From assembly GCA_963674595.2 (NCBI GenBank), contig CAXXFV010000015.1, positions 96,001 to 160,000 of the forward strand: 64,000 nucleotides of DNA, given 5' to 3'. The translations under genes were made by a program, and so were the position numbers. Shown here one piece after another: positions 37,624 to 48,642 of the stretch. The number at the start of each line of letters is the position of its first letter. The first letter of the stretch is position 1. The DNA comes from a bacterium (GTDB taxonomy: Bacteria; Zhuqueibacterota; Zhuqueibacteria; Residuimicrobiales; Krinioviventaceae). The notes under the pieces are model-generated. The model was not told where the DNA came from, did no database searches, and saw only the letters and a program-made list of their open reading frames with translations.

Positions 37624-38547
37624 ATGGAAAAGATGAAAAAAGTAGCTGTGGGCGGACAGGCTGTTATGGAAGGCGTTATGATGCGTGGGCCGGAACATGT
37701 AGCCGTTGCTGTAAGAAAGCCGGATGGTGGAATTGTTGTTAAAAAGGAACCTTTTCAATCCATCACAAAGCGATTAAAAATACTTGGCTGGCCTGTTTTA
37801 AGAGGTGCTGTTGTGCTTGTGGAATCTCTTATTATCGGTGTGAAGGCTTTGACCTTTTCCGGCGATATTGCTATCCAGGAAGAGGAACAAAACACTAAAA
37901 GTAGCAATGATTTTTGGAATAAACTTTGGATGGGTTTATCGATTGTTTTTGCCTTTGCTATGGGAATGGGATTGTTTTTTTATGTTCCGTTGATTCTTAC
38001 GGAATTGTTTAAATTCGAATCCACAATTTTGTTCAATCTGGTTGACGGTGTTTTTCGTTTGGCTATATTTTTACTTTATCTTTATATTATTACACTGTGG
38101 AAAGACATTCAAAGAGTTTTTGAATATCATGGTGCTGAACATAAAAGCATATTTGCCTATGAAGATCAAAAAGAGTTGGTCGTCGATTCGGCCCGTGATT
38201 ATACAACTCTACATCCGCGTTGCGGGACCAGCTTTTTACTGATTGTTATGATTGTTAGTATTTTTGTTTTTATGTTTTTAGGCAAACCGTCAACGATAGC
38301 TGAGCGTTTTTTGCGAATTGCATGCGTTCCGTTAATCGGTGGATTATCCTATGAGTTTATAAAACTTTCGGATAAAGGTTTTAAAAATAAATTTTTTCGC
38401 ATTTTTATCATACCAGGGCTGTGGCTGCAAAAGTTAACAACCAGAGAACCTGACGATAGTCAACTGGAAGTAGCTATGGTTGCCTTAAAAAGTGCGCTTG
38501 GTCATGATCCGGTTGCAGGACCGTCTCCTGTTGAAGTTTTATCTTAA
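37624..38547 (+). CDS. DUF1385 membrane protein
   Basis: GGQAVMEGVMM, FEYHGAEHK, HPRCGTSF and TTREP motifs; rpmE-DUF1385-prfA-prmC synteny. Confidence 0.9.
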   Translation: MEKMKKVAVGGQAVMEGVMMRGPEHVAVAVRKPDGGIVVKKEPFQSITKRLKILGWPVLRGAVVLVESLIIGVKALTFSGDIAIQEEEQNTKSSNDFWNKLWMGLSIVFAFAMGMGLFFYVPLILTELFKFESTILFNLVDGVFRLAIFLLYLYIITLWKDIQRVFEYHGAEHKSIFAYEDQKELVVDSARDYTTLHPRCGTSFLLIVMIVSIFVFMFLGKPSTIAERFLRIACVPLIGGLSYEFIKLSDKGFKNKFFRIFIIPGLWLQKLTTREPDDSQLEVAMVALKSALGHDPVAGPSPVEVLS

Positions 38548-38565
38548 TTTTTTTGAGGCATTTTT

Positions 38566-39633
38566 GTGATTGATAAACTTGATAATGTATTAGACAGATA
38601 TACTGAATTAGAGAAAAAACTTGGTGATCCCCAAATTATCTCCAACCCCAATGTTTATAAGGAAGTAGCAAGAGAAGAAAAAGAACTTGCTCCCATTGTT
38701 CAGGCTATTCGAAAATATAAAAAATTGATAAATAATATTGAGGGTAATAAAGAGATTATAAAATCCGGTGAAGACCAAGAACTTGCTGAACTGGCGGAAC
38801 TGGAACTTGAGGAAATGGAAGAACGATGTGTTGAGATGGAAGATGAGCTAAAGATTTTATTGATTCCTAAAGATCCGCAGGATTTTCGCAACGCTGTTGT
38901 GGAAATACGTGCCGGTACCGGTGGTGATGAAGCCGGATTGTTTGCCGGGGATTTGTATAGAATGTATCAACGATTCGCTGAAAATAACCGCTGGAAAATT
39001 GAAGTGTTGAGTTTAAACACTCAGGGTATCGGTGGATTTCGAGAAGTTATATTTTTAATGTCAGGTGATGAAGTATATGGTCAAATGAAATTTGAAGCGG
39101 GCGTTCATCGCGTTCAGCGTGTTCCGCAAACAGAAACCAGCGGACGAATACATACCTCCGCCGCTTCTGTGGCCGTGTTACCGGAAGCTGAAGATATTGA
39201 TGTGGACATTGCCCCGAATGATTTACGTATTGATGTATACAGGTCCAGCGGACCTGGCGGACAAAGTGTTAATACAACAGATTCTGCTGTCCGTGTAACC
39301 CATATTCCAACCGGTTTGGTTGTTACCTGTCAGGATGAAAAATCGCAGCACAAAAACCGTGCAAAAGCGCTCAAAGTTTTGAGAGCGCGTTTATACGATA
39401 AAGCGATGGAAGAGGAACAAGCCAAATTAACTGCCGAAAGAAGGTCTATGGTAAGTACAGGTGACCGCAGCGCAAAAATACGAACTTATAATTTTCCACA
39501 AGGCCGGGTTACCGACCATCGAATCAATTTAACTTTATATCGGTTGGATGAGATATTGCAAGGTGACCTTGTCGAAATAATTGAAAATTTAAAAATCGCC
39601 GATCGTGCCGAAAAGCTTAAATATTTGGAATAA
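38566..39633 (+). CDS. prfA: Peptide chain release factor 1
   Basis: GTGGDEA, RVPQTE (PxT) and GPGGQ motifs. Confidence 0.97.
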   Translation: MIDKLDNVLDRYTELEKKLGDPQIISNPNVYKEVAREEKELAPIVQAIRKYKKLINNIEGNKEIIKSGEDQELAELAELELEEMEERCVEMEDELKILLIPKDPQDFRNAVVEIRAGTGGDEAGLFAGDLYRMYQRFAENNRWKIEVLSLNTQGIGGFREVIFLMSGDEVYGQMKFEAGVHRVQRVPQTETSGRIHTSAASVAVLPEAEDIDVDIAPNDLRIDVYRSSGPGGQSVNTTDSAVRVTHIPTGLVVTCQDEKSQHKNRAKALKVLRARLYDKAMEEEQAKLTAERRSMVSTGDRSAKIRTYNFPQGRVTDHRINLTLYRLDEILQGDLVEIIENLKIADRAEKLKYLE

Positions 39634-39638
39634 AAATA

Positions 39639-40550
39639 TTGTCAACTCAGCAGAATATTCAAAAAAAGTGGAAATTAATAGAACTTTTGAATTGGTCTTC
39701 AGATTACCTTTCAACTAAAGGATTTGAAAACAGCCGTCTGAATGCTGAGTGTTTGCTGGCCCATTCGCTTAATTTAAAGCGAATGGAGATTTATTTAAAT
39801 TTTGACAGACCGTTGAATCCCGAAGAGCTAGCCGAATATAAAATTTTATTAAAACGGCGACTGGCCCATGAACCTCTTCAGTATATCCTTGGTTCAACTG
39901 AATTTTATTCTTTACCTTTTATTGTTGAACTTGGAGTACTCATTCCCAGACCGGAAACAGAAATTTTAGTTGATAACGTTCTTTCGTTGTGTCAAAAAAA
40001 CTTTGCAACTCAACCTGAAATTCAAATCCTTGATGTCGGATGTGGGTCCGGAAATATTTCCGTTTCTCTTGCAAAAAACCTTGCTAATGCTAAAGTGGTT
40101 TCTGTCGATAAATCTGACAAGGCGCTTGAAATCGCTCAAAAAAACGCTGAGATTAATGGTGTTCAAAATCAGGTACGTTTTTTTAAGCAAGATGCTCTTG
40201 GCATTTGGCCTGAAACATTGAAGAATTTTTTTGACATTGTTGTTTCCAATCCACCTTATGTCAGTGAACCGGATTATTCAAATTTAGCTGATGAAATTAA
40301 AATTTATGAACCAAAATTGGCTTTAACAGCCGGACAAGATGGTCTTGACTTTTACCGTTCTTTTTCTGAAATTCTAAAAGGTTTGTTAAAAAATAATAGT
40401 TTTGCTTTTTTTGAAATGGGCGATGGTCAAGCCCGGTCTGTAGGTAATATTTTTACTCAAAAAGCATTTCAGGAGCTTGAAATATTTAAAGATTTAACCG
40501 GTCGTGACCGTATTATTTCTATACTGAAAACTGCTAAAGGAGAAGAGTAA
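39639..40550 (+). CDS. prmC: Release factor glutamine methyltransferase
   Basis: LIPRPETE, DVGCGSG and SNPPY motifs. Confidence 0.95.
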   Translation: MSTQQNIQKKWKLIELLNWSSDYLSTKGFENSRLNAECLLAHSLNLKRMEIYLNFDRPLNPEELAEYKILLKRRLAHEPLQYILGSTEFYSLPFIVELGVLIPRPETEILVDNVLSLCQKNFATQPEIQILDVGCGSGNISVSLAKNLANAKVVSVDKSDKALEIAQKNAEINGVQNQVRFFKQDALGIWPETLKNFFDIVVSNPPYVSEPDYSNLADEIKIYEPKLALTAGQDGLDFYRSFSEILKGLLKNNSFAFFEMGDGQARSVGNIFTQKAFQELEIFKDLTGRDRIISILKTAKGEE

Positions 40551-41929
40551 TGAATGCAAGCATTTTTCGTGAATATGATATTCGTGGTATCGTTGAAACT
40601 GATTTTTCTGATGAGGTTGTAAGAAACCTTGGCAAGGCATTTGGTACAGTTATGCGGCAGCGTAATTACAGCACAATTGCCGTAGGCTATGATCTTCGGT
40701 TGTCTTCACCTCATTTACAAAAAATATACGTGGAAGGGCTTGTTTCCACAGGTTTGAATGTGGTTAATATCGGACAAGTTACCACCCCTGCCCTTTATTT
40801 TTCAATATTACACCTTGAGATGGATGGTGGTGTTATGATTACCGGAAGCCATAATCCCATAGAATTTAATGGTTTTAAAATGTGTGAAGGTGTCGGATCA
40901 TTTTATGGTAAAGATATTCAATTGCTGAAACAAATGATTCTGGAAAATAAATTGAAATCTGATACACCCGGTATGGTTAAAAATGTAGATATTATGCCGG
41001 ATTACCTGAATATGCTCAAAACAAAATTTAATTTTCCTAAAAAGTTAAAAGTGGTTATTGATGCGGGAAATGCAACAGCCGGACCTATAGCTCCGTCCTT
41101 ATGGCAGGACCTTGGAATGGAAGTTATTCCTTTATATTGTGAGCCGGATGGCAGTTTTCCAAACCATTTGCCTGACCCATCTGTTCCGAAATATATGGCT
41201 GATTTAATGGCTAAAGTTTTGGAAGAGGGTGCAGACCTTGGAATCGGTTATGACGGTGACTCCGACCGTGTCGGTACCATTGATGATAAAGGACGAATGG
41301 TCTTTGCAGATACCCTGCTTTCCTTGTTTAGTGGTGATGTGTTGAAGCGAAAGCCAGGCGCACAGATTATTTTTGATGTGAAATGCTCGCAAGCTGTGCC
41401 TGAGGTTATCCAACAACTTGGTGGAAAACCTGTCATGTGGAAAACCGGGCATTCAATAATAAAAGCAAAAATGAAAGAAATAAAATCACCTTTTGCCGGA
41501 GAAATGTCGGGCCACATGTTTTTTGCGGATGATTATTATGGCTTTGATGATGGTATTTATGCATCAGGCCGAATATTGGAAATTATTTCAAATAGCGACA
41601 AGAAATTTTCAGAACTTGTTGATGAAATTCCTAAATTCGTATCAACCCCTGAAATTCGTGTAAAATGTGCAGATGAGTACAAGTTTGATGTCGTTGCTAA
41701 ACTGGTTAAAGATTTTTCAGCCTCCTATGAGACCATAGATATCGACGGTGCACGGGTACAGTTTGGTGACGGGTGGGGCCTTGTAAGAGCTTCCAATACG
41801 GAACCAACGCTTGTATTACGCTTTGAAGCGAAAACAAAAGAAAGATTGGAAGAAATTGTAGAAATATTTAAAAACAAACTCGGACAGTTTTCCACTGTAA
41901 AAATGAATGAAACTGATTTTAAAATCTAA
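40550..41929 (+). CDS. Phosphomannomutase/phosphoglucomutase (AlgC type)
   Basis: FREYDIRG, TGSHNP, DGDSDR, GEMSGH and RASNT motifs. Confidence 0.93.
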   Translation: MNASIFREYDIRGIVETDFSDEVVRNLGKAFGTVMRQRNYSTIAVGYDLRLSSPHLQKIYVEGLVSTGLNVVNIGQVTTPALYFSILHLEMDGGVMITGSHNPIEFNGFKMCEGVGSFYGKDIQLLKQMILENKLKSDTPGMVKNVDIMPDYLNMLKTKFNFPKKLKVVIDAGNATAGPIAPSLWQDLGMEVIPLYCEPDGSFPNHLPDPSVPKYMADLMAKVLEEGADLGIGYDGDSDRVGTIDDKGRMVFADTLLSLFSGDVLKRKPGAQIIFDVKCSQAVPEVIQQLGGKPVMWKTGHSIIKAKMKEIKSPFAGEMSGHMFFADDYYGFDDGIYASGRILEIISNSDKKFSELVDEIPKFVSTPEIRVKCADEYKFDVVAKLVKDFSASYETIDIDGARVQFGDGWGLVRASNTEPTLVLRFEAKTKERLEEIVEIFKNKLGQFSTVKMNETDFKI

Positions 41930-41966
41930 TTCATCTTATTAAAACAACGCCTGAAAGGAGCAAGAA

Positions 41967-42623
41967 ATGAAAAAAATCGCCTTATCCATTTTAGCCGTCG
42001 GTATTATTTTACTATCAAGTTGTGCTTCCGGTGTTAAAAGTTTTAAAGAGCCAACAACTGGTGATACAATGCTGGTGGTTGGTCGTGTTTTGGTTGAGGA
42101 TAATTATTTTTCTCAGGAAATTGGTGTTTATAAAGCCAGTATTGAAGTTGCCGTTTTGGGTAAAACCGATGCGGGAAAAGAAGTGGGTTTCTGGACGATA
42201 ACCGATAAAGAAGGTTATTTTGCATTAGGCGACGTTCCCAAAGGTGAATATGTCATCAAGGGTATTCGTGCCATGGTAGGGAGAGGATCCCAGGTTACGA
42301 TTACAAATCGTTTGAGGCTGTCGACCGATCCTTATTCAATTACAAAAAAGGCATCCATTCTTTTTGACGGCAACTATTTCCCTTATGAAGCGAATGGCCG
42401 AATTTTAAGCTTGCAGCAAAATATTTTTCGGTTGGACCAAATGAGCAACCAGACCAACCAGGTTAATTATCAGGTCCGTTTTAAACTGGAAGATTTTGAG
42501 CTTGTTGATGGTACAACATTAAATGACGACTCGGTAGAAAATTATTATTTACAAAAATATCCTGATACCTCCTGGAAGTCGGAACTTGAAGCAAGTGCTA
42601 AAATCCAAAAATTTCGTCGATAA
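41967..42623 (+). CDS. Hypothetical lipoprotein
   Basis: Lipobox LSSC; TDKEGYFALGDVPKGEY resembles a prealbumin-like repeat. Confidence 0.7.
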   Translation: MKKIALSILAVGIILLSSCASGVKSFKEPTTGDTMLVVGRVLVEDNYFSQEIGVYKASIEVAVLGKTDAGKEVGFWTITDKEGYFALGDVPKGEYVIKGIRAMVGRGSQVTITNRLRLSTDPYSITKKASILFDGNYFPYEANGRILSLQQNIFRLDQMSNQTNQVNYQVRFKLEDFELVDGTTLNDDSVENYYLQKYPDTSWKSELEASAKIQKFRR

Positions 42624-42640
42624 TCCATACGAATCTTGAT

Positions 42641-44755
42641 ATGAATTCTTTAAATAAAAGGGTTTCCGAACTTTTTGTTTCGGAACCCTTTCATGCTTTT
42701 AAAGCAAAAGAAGTTGCGAAAAGATTAAAAATCCCTCAACACCAATACAAAGAGTTACGAACGCTGTTGAAAGAGTTGGTGCGGCAGGGAAATATCATTC
42801 GCATTAAAAAAAATCGCTACACAGCCGGTAAAAGCTCCTCAGAAGTGACAGGACAATTACAGGTGAGTTCGCAGGGATACGGATTTGTCCTTCAGGACGG
42901 TGATGATATATTTATCAGTCAAAAAAACATGGGGAAGGCTTTTCATAAGGACACGGTTTGTGTTCGTTTGTTTGCCGGTTCGGCTGGTAAAAAACCTGAA
43001 GGGATCGTTGTTGATGTGTTGCAACGTTACAGAACAAAAATTGTCGGCACCTTGCGTCAGGGCCGAAAACAGAGTTACGTTATTCCTGACGATTTAAAGA
43101 TCCACAAGGATATTGTCGTAACCAATGATTATGATTTACATGCTTTTGACGGCCAAAAAGTGGTGTGTCAAATAGACGAATGGGAGCACCAGCAACTGAG
43201 CCCTGTCGGCCATATTCTTGAGGTGCTGGGGTATCCTGAGGAAAAGGATGTGGACATTCAATCTATTATTCATGGATTTGACTTGTCGTCTGATTTTCCA
43301 TCCAAGCTTTCTCGTGAAATTAAAAATATTCCAAAATCAATTCCGGATAAAGAAGTAGATGGTCGTCTTGATTTAACAGAAAAGATCATTTTTACCATCG
43401 ACCCGGAAGATGCCAAAGATTTTGATGATGCAGTTTCGCTGGAAAAACTGCCCAATGAAAATTATCTATTAGGGGTGCATATTGCGGATGTAAGTTATTA
43501 TGTTTCTGAAAACAGCCCTGTTGATAAGGAAGCAGAAGATCGGGGAACATCTGTCTACCTGGTCGACCGCGTTATACCTATGCTGCCGGAAGAGCTGTCC
43601 AACGATTTATGCAGTTTGGTAGAAGCACAAAAAAAATTATGCTTTAGTGTTTTGATGGAATTAAATTCCGAAGCTGATGTTGTATCTTACACGTTTAAAG
43701 AAACCGTTATTAAAAGCAAAAAACGATTTACCTATGAACAGGTACAGGATATTATTACCGGGAAATCTGAAAGTGAATTTTCTTCGGTCATTTCAAGCAT
43801 GTATCGGTTGTCGCAGATGTTGATTAATAAACGCAGGAAAAGGGGTTGTATTGACTTTGAATCACTTGAAGTCAAAGTCGAACTTGATGATGAAGGCAAT
43901 CCCATTGCTTTAAAACGCAGAGAACGGCTCGATTCTCATCGTTTGGTTGAAGAATTTATGCTGCTTGCCAATGAAACTGTGGCCGGTTTTATCGGTCAAA
44001 AATTGGCGGCTGAATTAAATCAAACACTTCCATTTGTATACCGAATTCATGATAAACCTGACCAGGTTTCTGTAGATGAAATGCTGAAATTAGGACAGGC
44101 TTTTGGTATAACTATTCAACAACAAAAACGCCTGACGCCCAGGTTTTTCCAGCAATTATCCGAGCGGTTTCAAACACACCCGGCTTCAAATGTGCTGGAA
44201 TCCCAACTTTTGCGAACCATGAGGAAGGCACAATACAGCACAGAAAATATCGGACATTTTGGTTTGGCGTTAAAATACTATACCCACTTTACGTCTCCTA
44301 TTCGCCGATATCCGGATTTGATGGTACACAGGCTGCTTAAAAAATATTTATCTGATAATCCTGTTGCGAATATAACCCCTGTTAATATTTTGTCTCAAAA
44401 GTGCAAAAAATCAACAGACATGGAAATAAAAGCCCAGGAAGCTGAAAGAGCATCAATAAAACTGAAACAAGTAGAGTATTTGGAACGTCATTTAGGTGAT
44501 GTTTTTGAGGGCGTAATTGCCAGAATTGTTAATTTTGGTCTTTTTGTCACCATCCCGGAATTTTTAATTGACGGTCTTTTGCATGTGAGTGCTCTGGATG
44601 ATGATTATTATGTATATGATGAATTTACATTCTCGCTGATTGGCACCTATACAAAAAAGAAATATCGTCTTGGTGATAAAATAACGGTGCGTGTCAGCCG
44701 CGTTGATCGAAACGAAAAACTGGTGGATTTTGATTTGGTATATGAAAAAGAATAA
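42641..44755 (+). CDS. rnr: Ribonuclease R
   Basis: TIDPEDAKDFDDA, EEFMLLANE, HFTSPIRRYPD and S1 domain. Confidence 0.95.
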   Translation: MNSLNKRVSELFVSEPFHAFKAKEVAKRLKIPQHQYKELRTLLKELVRQGNIIRIKKNRYTAGKSSSEVTGQLQVSSQGYGFVLQDGDDIFISQKNMGKAFHKDTVCVRLFAGSAGKKPEGIVVDVLQRYRTKIVGTLRQGRKQSYVIPDDLKIHKDIVVTNDYDLHAFDGQKVVCQIDEWEHQQLSPVGHILEVLGYPEEKDVDIQSIIHGFDLSSDFPSKLSREIKNIPKSIPDKEVDGRLDLTEKIIFTIDPEDAKDFDDAVSLEKLPNENYLLGVHIADVSYYVSENSPVDKEAEDRGTSVYLVDRVIPMLPEELSNDLCSLVEAQKKLCFSVLMELNSEADVVSYTFKETVIKSKKRFTYEQVQDIITGKSESEFSSVISSMYRLSQMLINKRRKRGCIDFESLEVKVELDDEGNPIALKRRERLDSHRLVEEFMLLANETVAGFIGQKLAAELNQTLPFVYRIHDKPDQVSVDEMLKLGQAFGITIQQQKRLTPRFFQQLSERFQTHPASNVLESQLLRTMRKAQYSTENIGHFGLALKYYTHFTSPIRRYPDLMVHRLLKKYLSDNPVANITPVNILSQKCKKSTDMEIKAQEAERASIKLKQVEYLERHLGDVFEGVIARIVNFGLFVTIPEFLIDGLLHVSALDDDYYVYDEFTFSLIGTYTKKKYRLGDKITVRVSRVDRNEKLVDFDLVYEKE

Positions 44756-44767
44756 GGATAGATTCTA

Positions 44768-45478
44768 GTGAAAAATTTAGAGGTTGAATTATTAGAGAAA
44801 AAATCAATAGGTAAAGATATAATAGAGTTTGTTTTTGAACGCCCGGCCGATTTTTTGTTTCAATCCGGGCAGCATATCGTTTTACGCTTGCCGGAATTAC
44901 AATTCCCTGACAAAAAAGGATCGACACGTATTTTTACGATTGCTTCGTCAGAATCTGAAAAAGAATTGAAAATTACAACCAGACAGACCAATAGCGGGTT
45001 TAAAAAAACATTGTCTCAAATGCGCGAAAAAAAAGTTGTAATAATGGGGCCAAAAGGGAAAATGGTTTTAAATGGTTCTGAGCCGGTTGTTTTTATTGCC
45101 GGCGGGATTGGGATTACACCATTTATCAGTATGGTTAAAACGGCTGTAGAAAAAAATGCTGATCAAAAAATGGTTTTGTTTTACTCCAACAAAACCAAAC
45201 AAAACATTGCCTACCATGATTTTTTCACCCAATGTTCGGAAACAAAAAATGTTAATTTAGTTTATGTTCCTACAATTACCGGTGAGGCTGATTCGGACTG
45301 GACTGGTGAGTATGGTAGAATTAATTCCGGATTTTTTGAGAAATATATTACCAAATTGGATGATTATAAATTTTATGTATGTGGATCACCATCCATGGTG
45401 GACCAGATGAAAAAAGAACTTGAGGAATATGGTGTTGATTCCGGTTGTATTTTCTCAGAGTCATTTTTTGGTTATTAG
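44768..45478 (+). CDS. FAD/NAD(P)-binding oxidoreductase (FNR-like)
   Basis: RIFTIAS, IAGGIGITPF, YVCGSP and ESF motifs. Confidence 0.85.
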   Translation: MKNLEVELLEKKSIGKDIIEFVFERPADFLFQSGQHIVLRLPELQFPDKKGSTRIFTIASSESEKELKITTRQTNSGFKKTLSQMREKKVVIMGPKGKMVLNGSEPVVFIAGGIGITPFISMVKTAVEKNADQKMVLFYSNKTKQNIAYHDFFTQCSETKNVNLVYVPTITGEADSDWTGEYGRINSGFFEKYITKLDDYKFYVCGSPSMVDQMKKELEEYGVDSGCIFSESFFGY

Positions 45479-45537
45479 AACACGTTGTCTCGAATAAATT
45501 AAAATTAAAAATAAATACTTGAATGGAGGAAAGTGAA

Positions 45538-47217
45538 ATGAAAAATTACTGGGCAAAGTTCGGGCTATTAATGTTTGTCGTTGCTTATATTATTGGCTGC
45601 GGACCAAATGCGGAGGAGAAAAAAGTGCAAGAGTTTATTACCAAACATGTTGATAAAATAGCTCCTAAAATGAAAGAAGCAAATCTTGCTTATTGGAGCG
45701 CCGCTAACGGAAAGCCTGAAGATTTTAAAAAATATGCTGAATTGGACCTTGAAATTCGAAAAATCCAAAGTAATCCGCAGGAATTTGCCTTGTTGAAAGA
45801 ATTCAAGTCAAATGAACAGATTAAAGATCCGGTTTTAAAACGACAGGTTGATCTTTTGTATAATCAATATCTGGAAAACCAGATTGATTCCGTATTGATG
45901 AAAAAAATTGTGGATCTCGGTACAAAAGTCGAGACGGATTTTACCGGCTTTCGTGGTGAAATTAAGGGTAAAAAAATCACTTCAAATGAAATTGAAGAAA
46001 TTCTAAAAGAAGAAACCGATTCCCGAAAAAGAAGAGATACCTGGTATGCAAGCAAGCAGGTCGGTGAAAAAGTGTCCGATGATATTATAAAGCTGGTTAA
46101 ACTTCGAAATGAAGCTGCCAAATTATTAGGTTTTGATAATTACCATACAATGTATCTTTCCATGAATGAGCAGAACGTAAGTGAATTAGACCAAATATTT
46201 GATGAACTTTACGAATTGACGAATGAACCCTTTAAACAGATAAAAGCTGAGCTTGACAGTATATTGGCTGACATGTATGGTGTTGGTATTGAAGGTTTGA
46301 TGCCCTGGCATTATCATGATCCGTTTTTTCAGGAAACACCATTGGTTTACGAACTTGATCTTGACATATACTATAAGGACAAAGATGTTAAGGAATTAGC
46401 TGTCCAATTTTATGATGGAATTAATATGCCGGTTGAATCCATTATTAATAACAGCGATTTATATGAACGGGAAGGCAAAAATCCACATGCATTTTGCGCG
46501 GATATCGACCGCGAAGGCGATGTCAGAATTCTTTGTAACCTGAAAAACAATGAACGCTGGATGGAAACCATGCTGCATGAGTTGGGTCATGCTGTTTACG
46601 ACAAGTATCAGGATAGTAAGGCACCATTCCTGTTAAGACAACCTGCTCATATTTTTACAACAGAAGCCATTGCCATGTTTTTCGGCCGTTTGAGCCGTAA
46701 TGCGAATTGGATGCAGGACATGCTCGGATTGACAGATGAAGAGAAAAATGAAATTGAAAATATGAGTAATAAATACGCCCAACTGAAACAATTGATTTTT
46801 GCACGGTGGGCTATGGTTATGTATAGTTTTGAAAAAGAGCTGTATGCGAATCCGGACCAGGATTTGAATCAACTATGGTGGGACTTGGTTGAAAAATACC
46901 AGTTTGTAAACAAACCGGCTAATAGAGATAAACCGGACTGGGCCGCTAAAATTCATTTTACCATTGCGCCGTGCTATTATCACAATTATTTATTGGGTGA
47001 ATTGCTGGCCTCTCAATTACATCATTATATTACCACCAATGTGTTAAAACTTGAAAATGATAAAGATGTCAGTTATGTTGGTGAAAAAGCAATGGGAGAT
47101 TATTTAAAGAAAAATGTATTTAATGTCGGAGCCGTATATCAGTGGAACACAATGATAGTAAATGCAACAGGTGAACCATTGACATCAAAATATTTTGTTG
47201 AACAATTTGTAAAATAG
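45538..47217 (+). CDS. M2/M3 family zinc metallopeptidase, lipoprotein
   Basis: Lipobox IIGC, HELGH, TEAIAM and YYHNYLLGE motifs; SD GGAGG before ATG 45538. Confidence 0.85.
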   Translation: MKNYWAKFGLLMFVVAYIIGCGPNAEEKKVQEFITKHVDKIAPKMKEANLAYWSAANGKPEDFKKYAELDLEIRKIQSNPQEFALLKEFKSNEQIKDPVLKRQVDLLYNQYLENQIDSVLMKKIVDLGTKVETDFTGFRGEIKGKKITSNEIEEILKEETDSRKRRDTWYASKQVGEKVSDDIIKLVKLRNEAAKLLGFDNYHTMYLSMNEQNVSELDQIFDELYELTNEPFKQIKAELDSILADMYGVGIEGLMPWHYHDPFFQETPLVYELDLDIYYKDKDVKELAVQFYDGINMPVESIINNSDLYEREGKNPHAFCADIDREGDVRILCNLKNNERWMETMLHELGHAVYDKYQDSKAPFLLRQPAHIFTTEAIAMFFGRLSRNANWMQDMLGLTDEEKNEIENMSNKYAQLKQLIFARWAMVMYSFEKELYANPDQDLNQLWWDLVEKYQFVNKPANRDKPDWAAKIHFTIAPCYYHNYLLGELLASQLHHYITTNVLKLENDKDVSYVGEKAMGDYLKKNVFNVGAVYQWNTMIVNATGEPLTSKYFVEQFVK

Positions 47218-47222
47218 AACGA

Positions 47223-48545
47223 TTGCGCTGGAAGGAAAACAAAATATTTAAAATATATCCGGATGGAACTCAAAAACAGCTAAATCCGTTTACCGGTTCT
47301 AAAGTATGGTATATTCCCGGCCGGTATAATCGTCCGAATTATACTTTAGAAGCTAAACAGGAAAATAAACTCGTTTCAAGGTCTCCTGAAGATTATTGCG
47401 ATTTTTGTCCGGCAAATTATCATCGCACAACACCGGAGAAATCACGCTTGGTTATTGAAAAAAGTGGTTTCTCCATTTCTGACCGTTGTTCTGCTAAAAC
47501 TGTTTTTTCACAGACAGCGGATTTTAGACGAATAGCAAATCTGTTTGAAATCGTACAACTGTCCTATTGGCAAAAAAATTATGGATATACATTATCATCA
47601 AAAAATATTGCCTGGAAAGAACAGTATATAAGCGAAAAACAAGGCCTCGATCATGTTATTAATCTGATAGATCTGAAATTAGAGTATAGCGGTCTGTCGG
47701 TTGATGAAATTAAAGATTTTCCTCATGATGAAAAACTAAAAATGGCTGACGCCTTTTTTTGCGGAGCGCATGAGTTGATCGTTCCAAAACGACATTATTC
47801 TTTTAAAGCAAAAACAGATCATGATTTATGTTCATCCGGCACGTTATCACCGGATGAACATTTTTATTTTATGCAGTTCACAATTCACGCGCTTTTAGAT
47901 ATTTATGAAAATAATGAAAATGTACGTTACACAAGTGTGTTTCAAAACTGGCTGCGATCTGCCGGGGCGTCCTTTGGTCATCTTCACAAACAGCTTGTGG
48001 CCCTGGATGAATGGGGTATCATTCTTCGTCGTATGGCCGGTATGGTTTCCAAATCACCGAATATCTTTAATGATTTATTGATAAATTTTGCGGTCAAGAA
48101 TCACTTGTTGATTTGTGAAAACGATTATGCGCTGGCTGTGGTGGAAATTGGTCATCGCCACCCAACTGTTGCTGTTTATTCCAAAAGCCGAAATTGTCGC
48201 CCTGAAGAGCATACTGTTCAGGAATTGCAAGGTTTTAGTGATATCGTTCATGCTATCCACGCTGCTATGGGTGATCGGCTGCCATGTAATGAAGAGTGGT
48301 ATTACCAACCCCGCGACTGCCATTTACCCATTCCCTGGCATGTGCTGCTGAAATGGCGGATTAATGTTCCTGCCGGATTTGAAGGCGGCACCGAGATTTT
48401 TATTAATCCATTATCACCAACAGAAATAAGGGACCAATTAATACCCAGATTGCTGCATCTTGAATCACAAAAAATGATAAGGGTTGATCGCATTGGTGAG
48501 AATTGTAACCCGGATTTACAACCTTTACAATATTCCAAATTTTAA
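47223..48545 (+). CDS. DUF4921 family (GalT/HIT-like) protein
   Basis: DGTQKQLNPFTG, CDFC and FQNWLRSAGASFGHLHKQL motifs. Confidence 0.75.
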   Translation: MRWKENKIFKIYPDGTQKQLNPFTGSKVWYIPGRYNRPNYTLEAKQENKLVSRSPEDYCDFCPANYHRTTPEKSRLVIEKSGFSISDRCSAKTVFSQTADFRRIANLFEIVQLSYWQKNYGYTLSSKNIAWKEQYISEKQGLDHVINLIDLKLEYSGLSVDEIKDFPHDEKLKMADAFFCGAHELIVPKRHYSFKAKTDHDLCSSGTLSPDEHFYFMQFTIHALLDIYENNENVRYTSVFQNWLRSAGASFGHLHKQLVALDEWGIILRRMAGMVSKSPNIFNDLLINFAVKNHLLICENDYALAVVEIGHRHPTVAVYSKSRNCRPEEHTVQELQGFSDIVHAIHAAMGDRLPCNEEWYYQPRDCHLPIPWHVLLKWRINVPAGFEGGTEIFINPLSPTEIRDQLIPRLLHLESQKMIRVDRIGENCNPDLQPLQYSKF

Positions 48546-48642
48546 TTGTTTTATTCGAACAGGATATATTTTCCATTTAAAAAGAACTTGATAGTCCGTA
48601 TGTTTTAGGATATATTAAAGGATCAGAAATATAAAGGACAAT

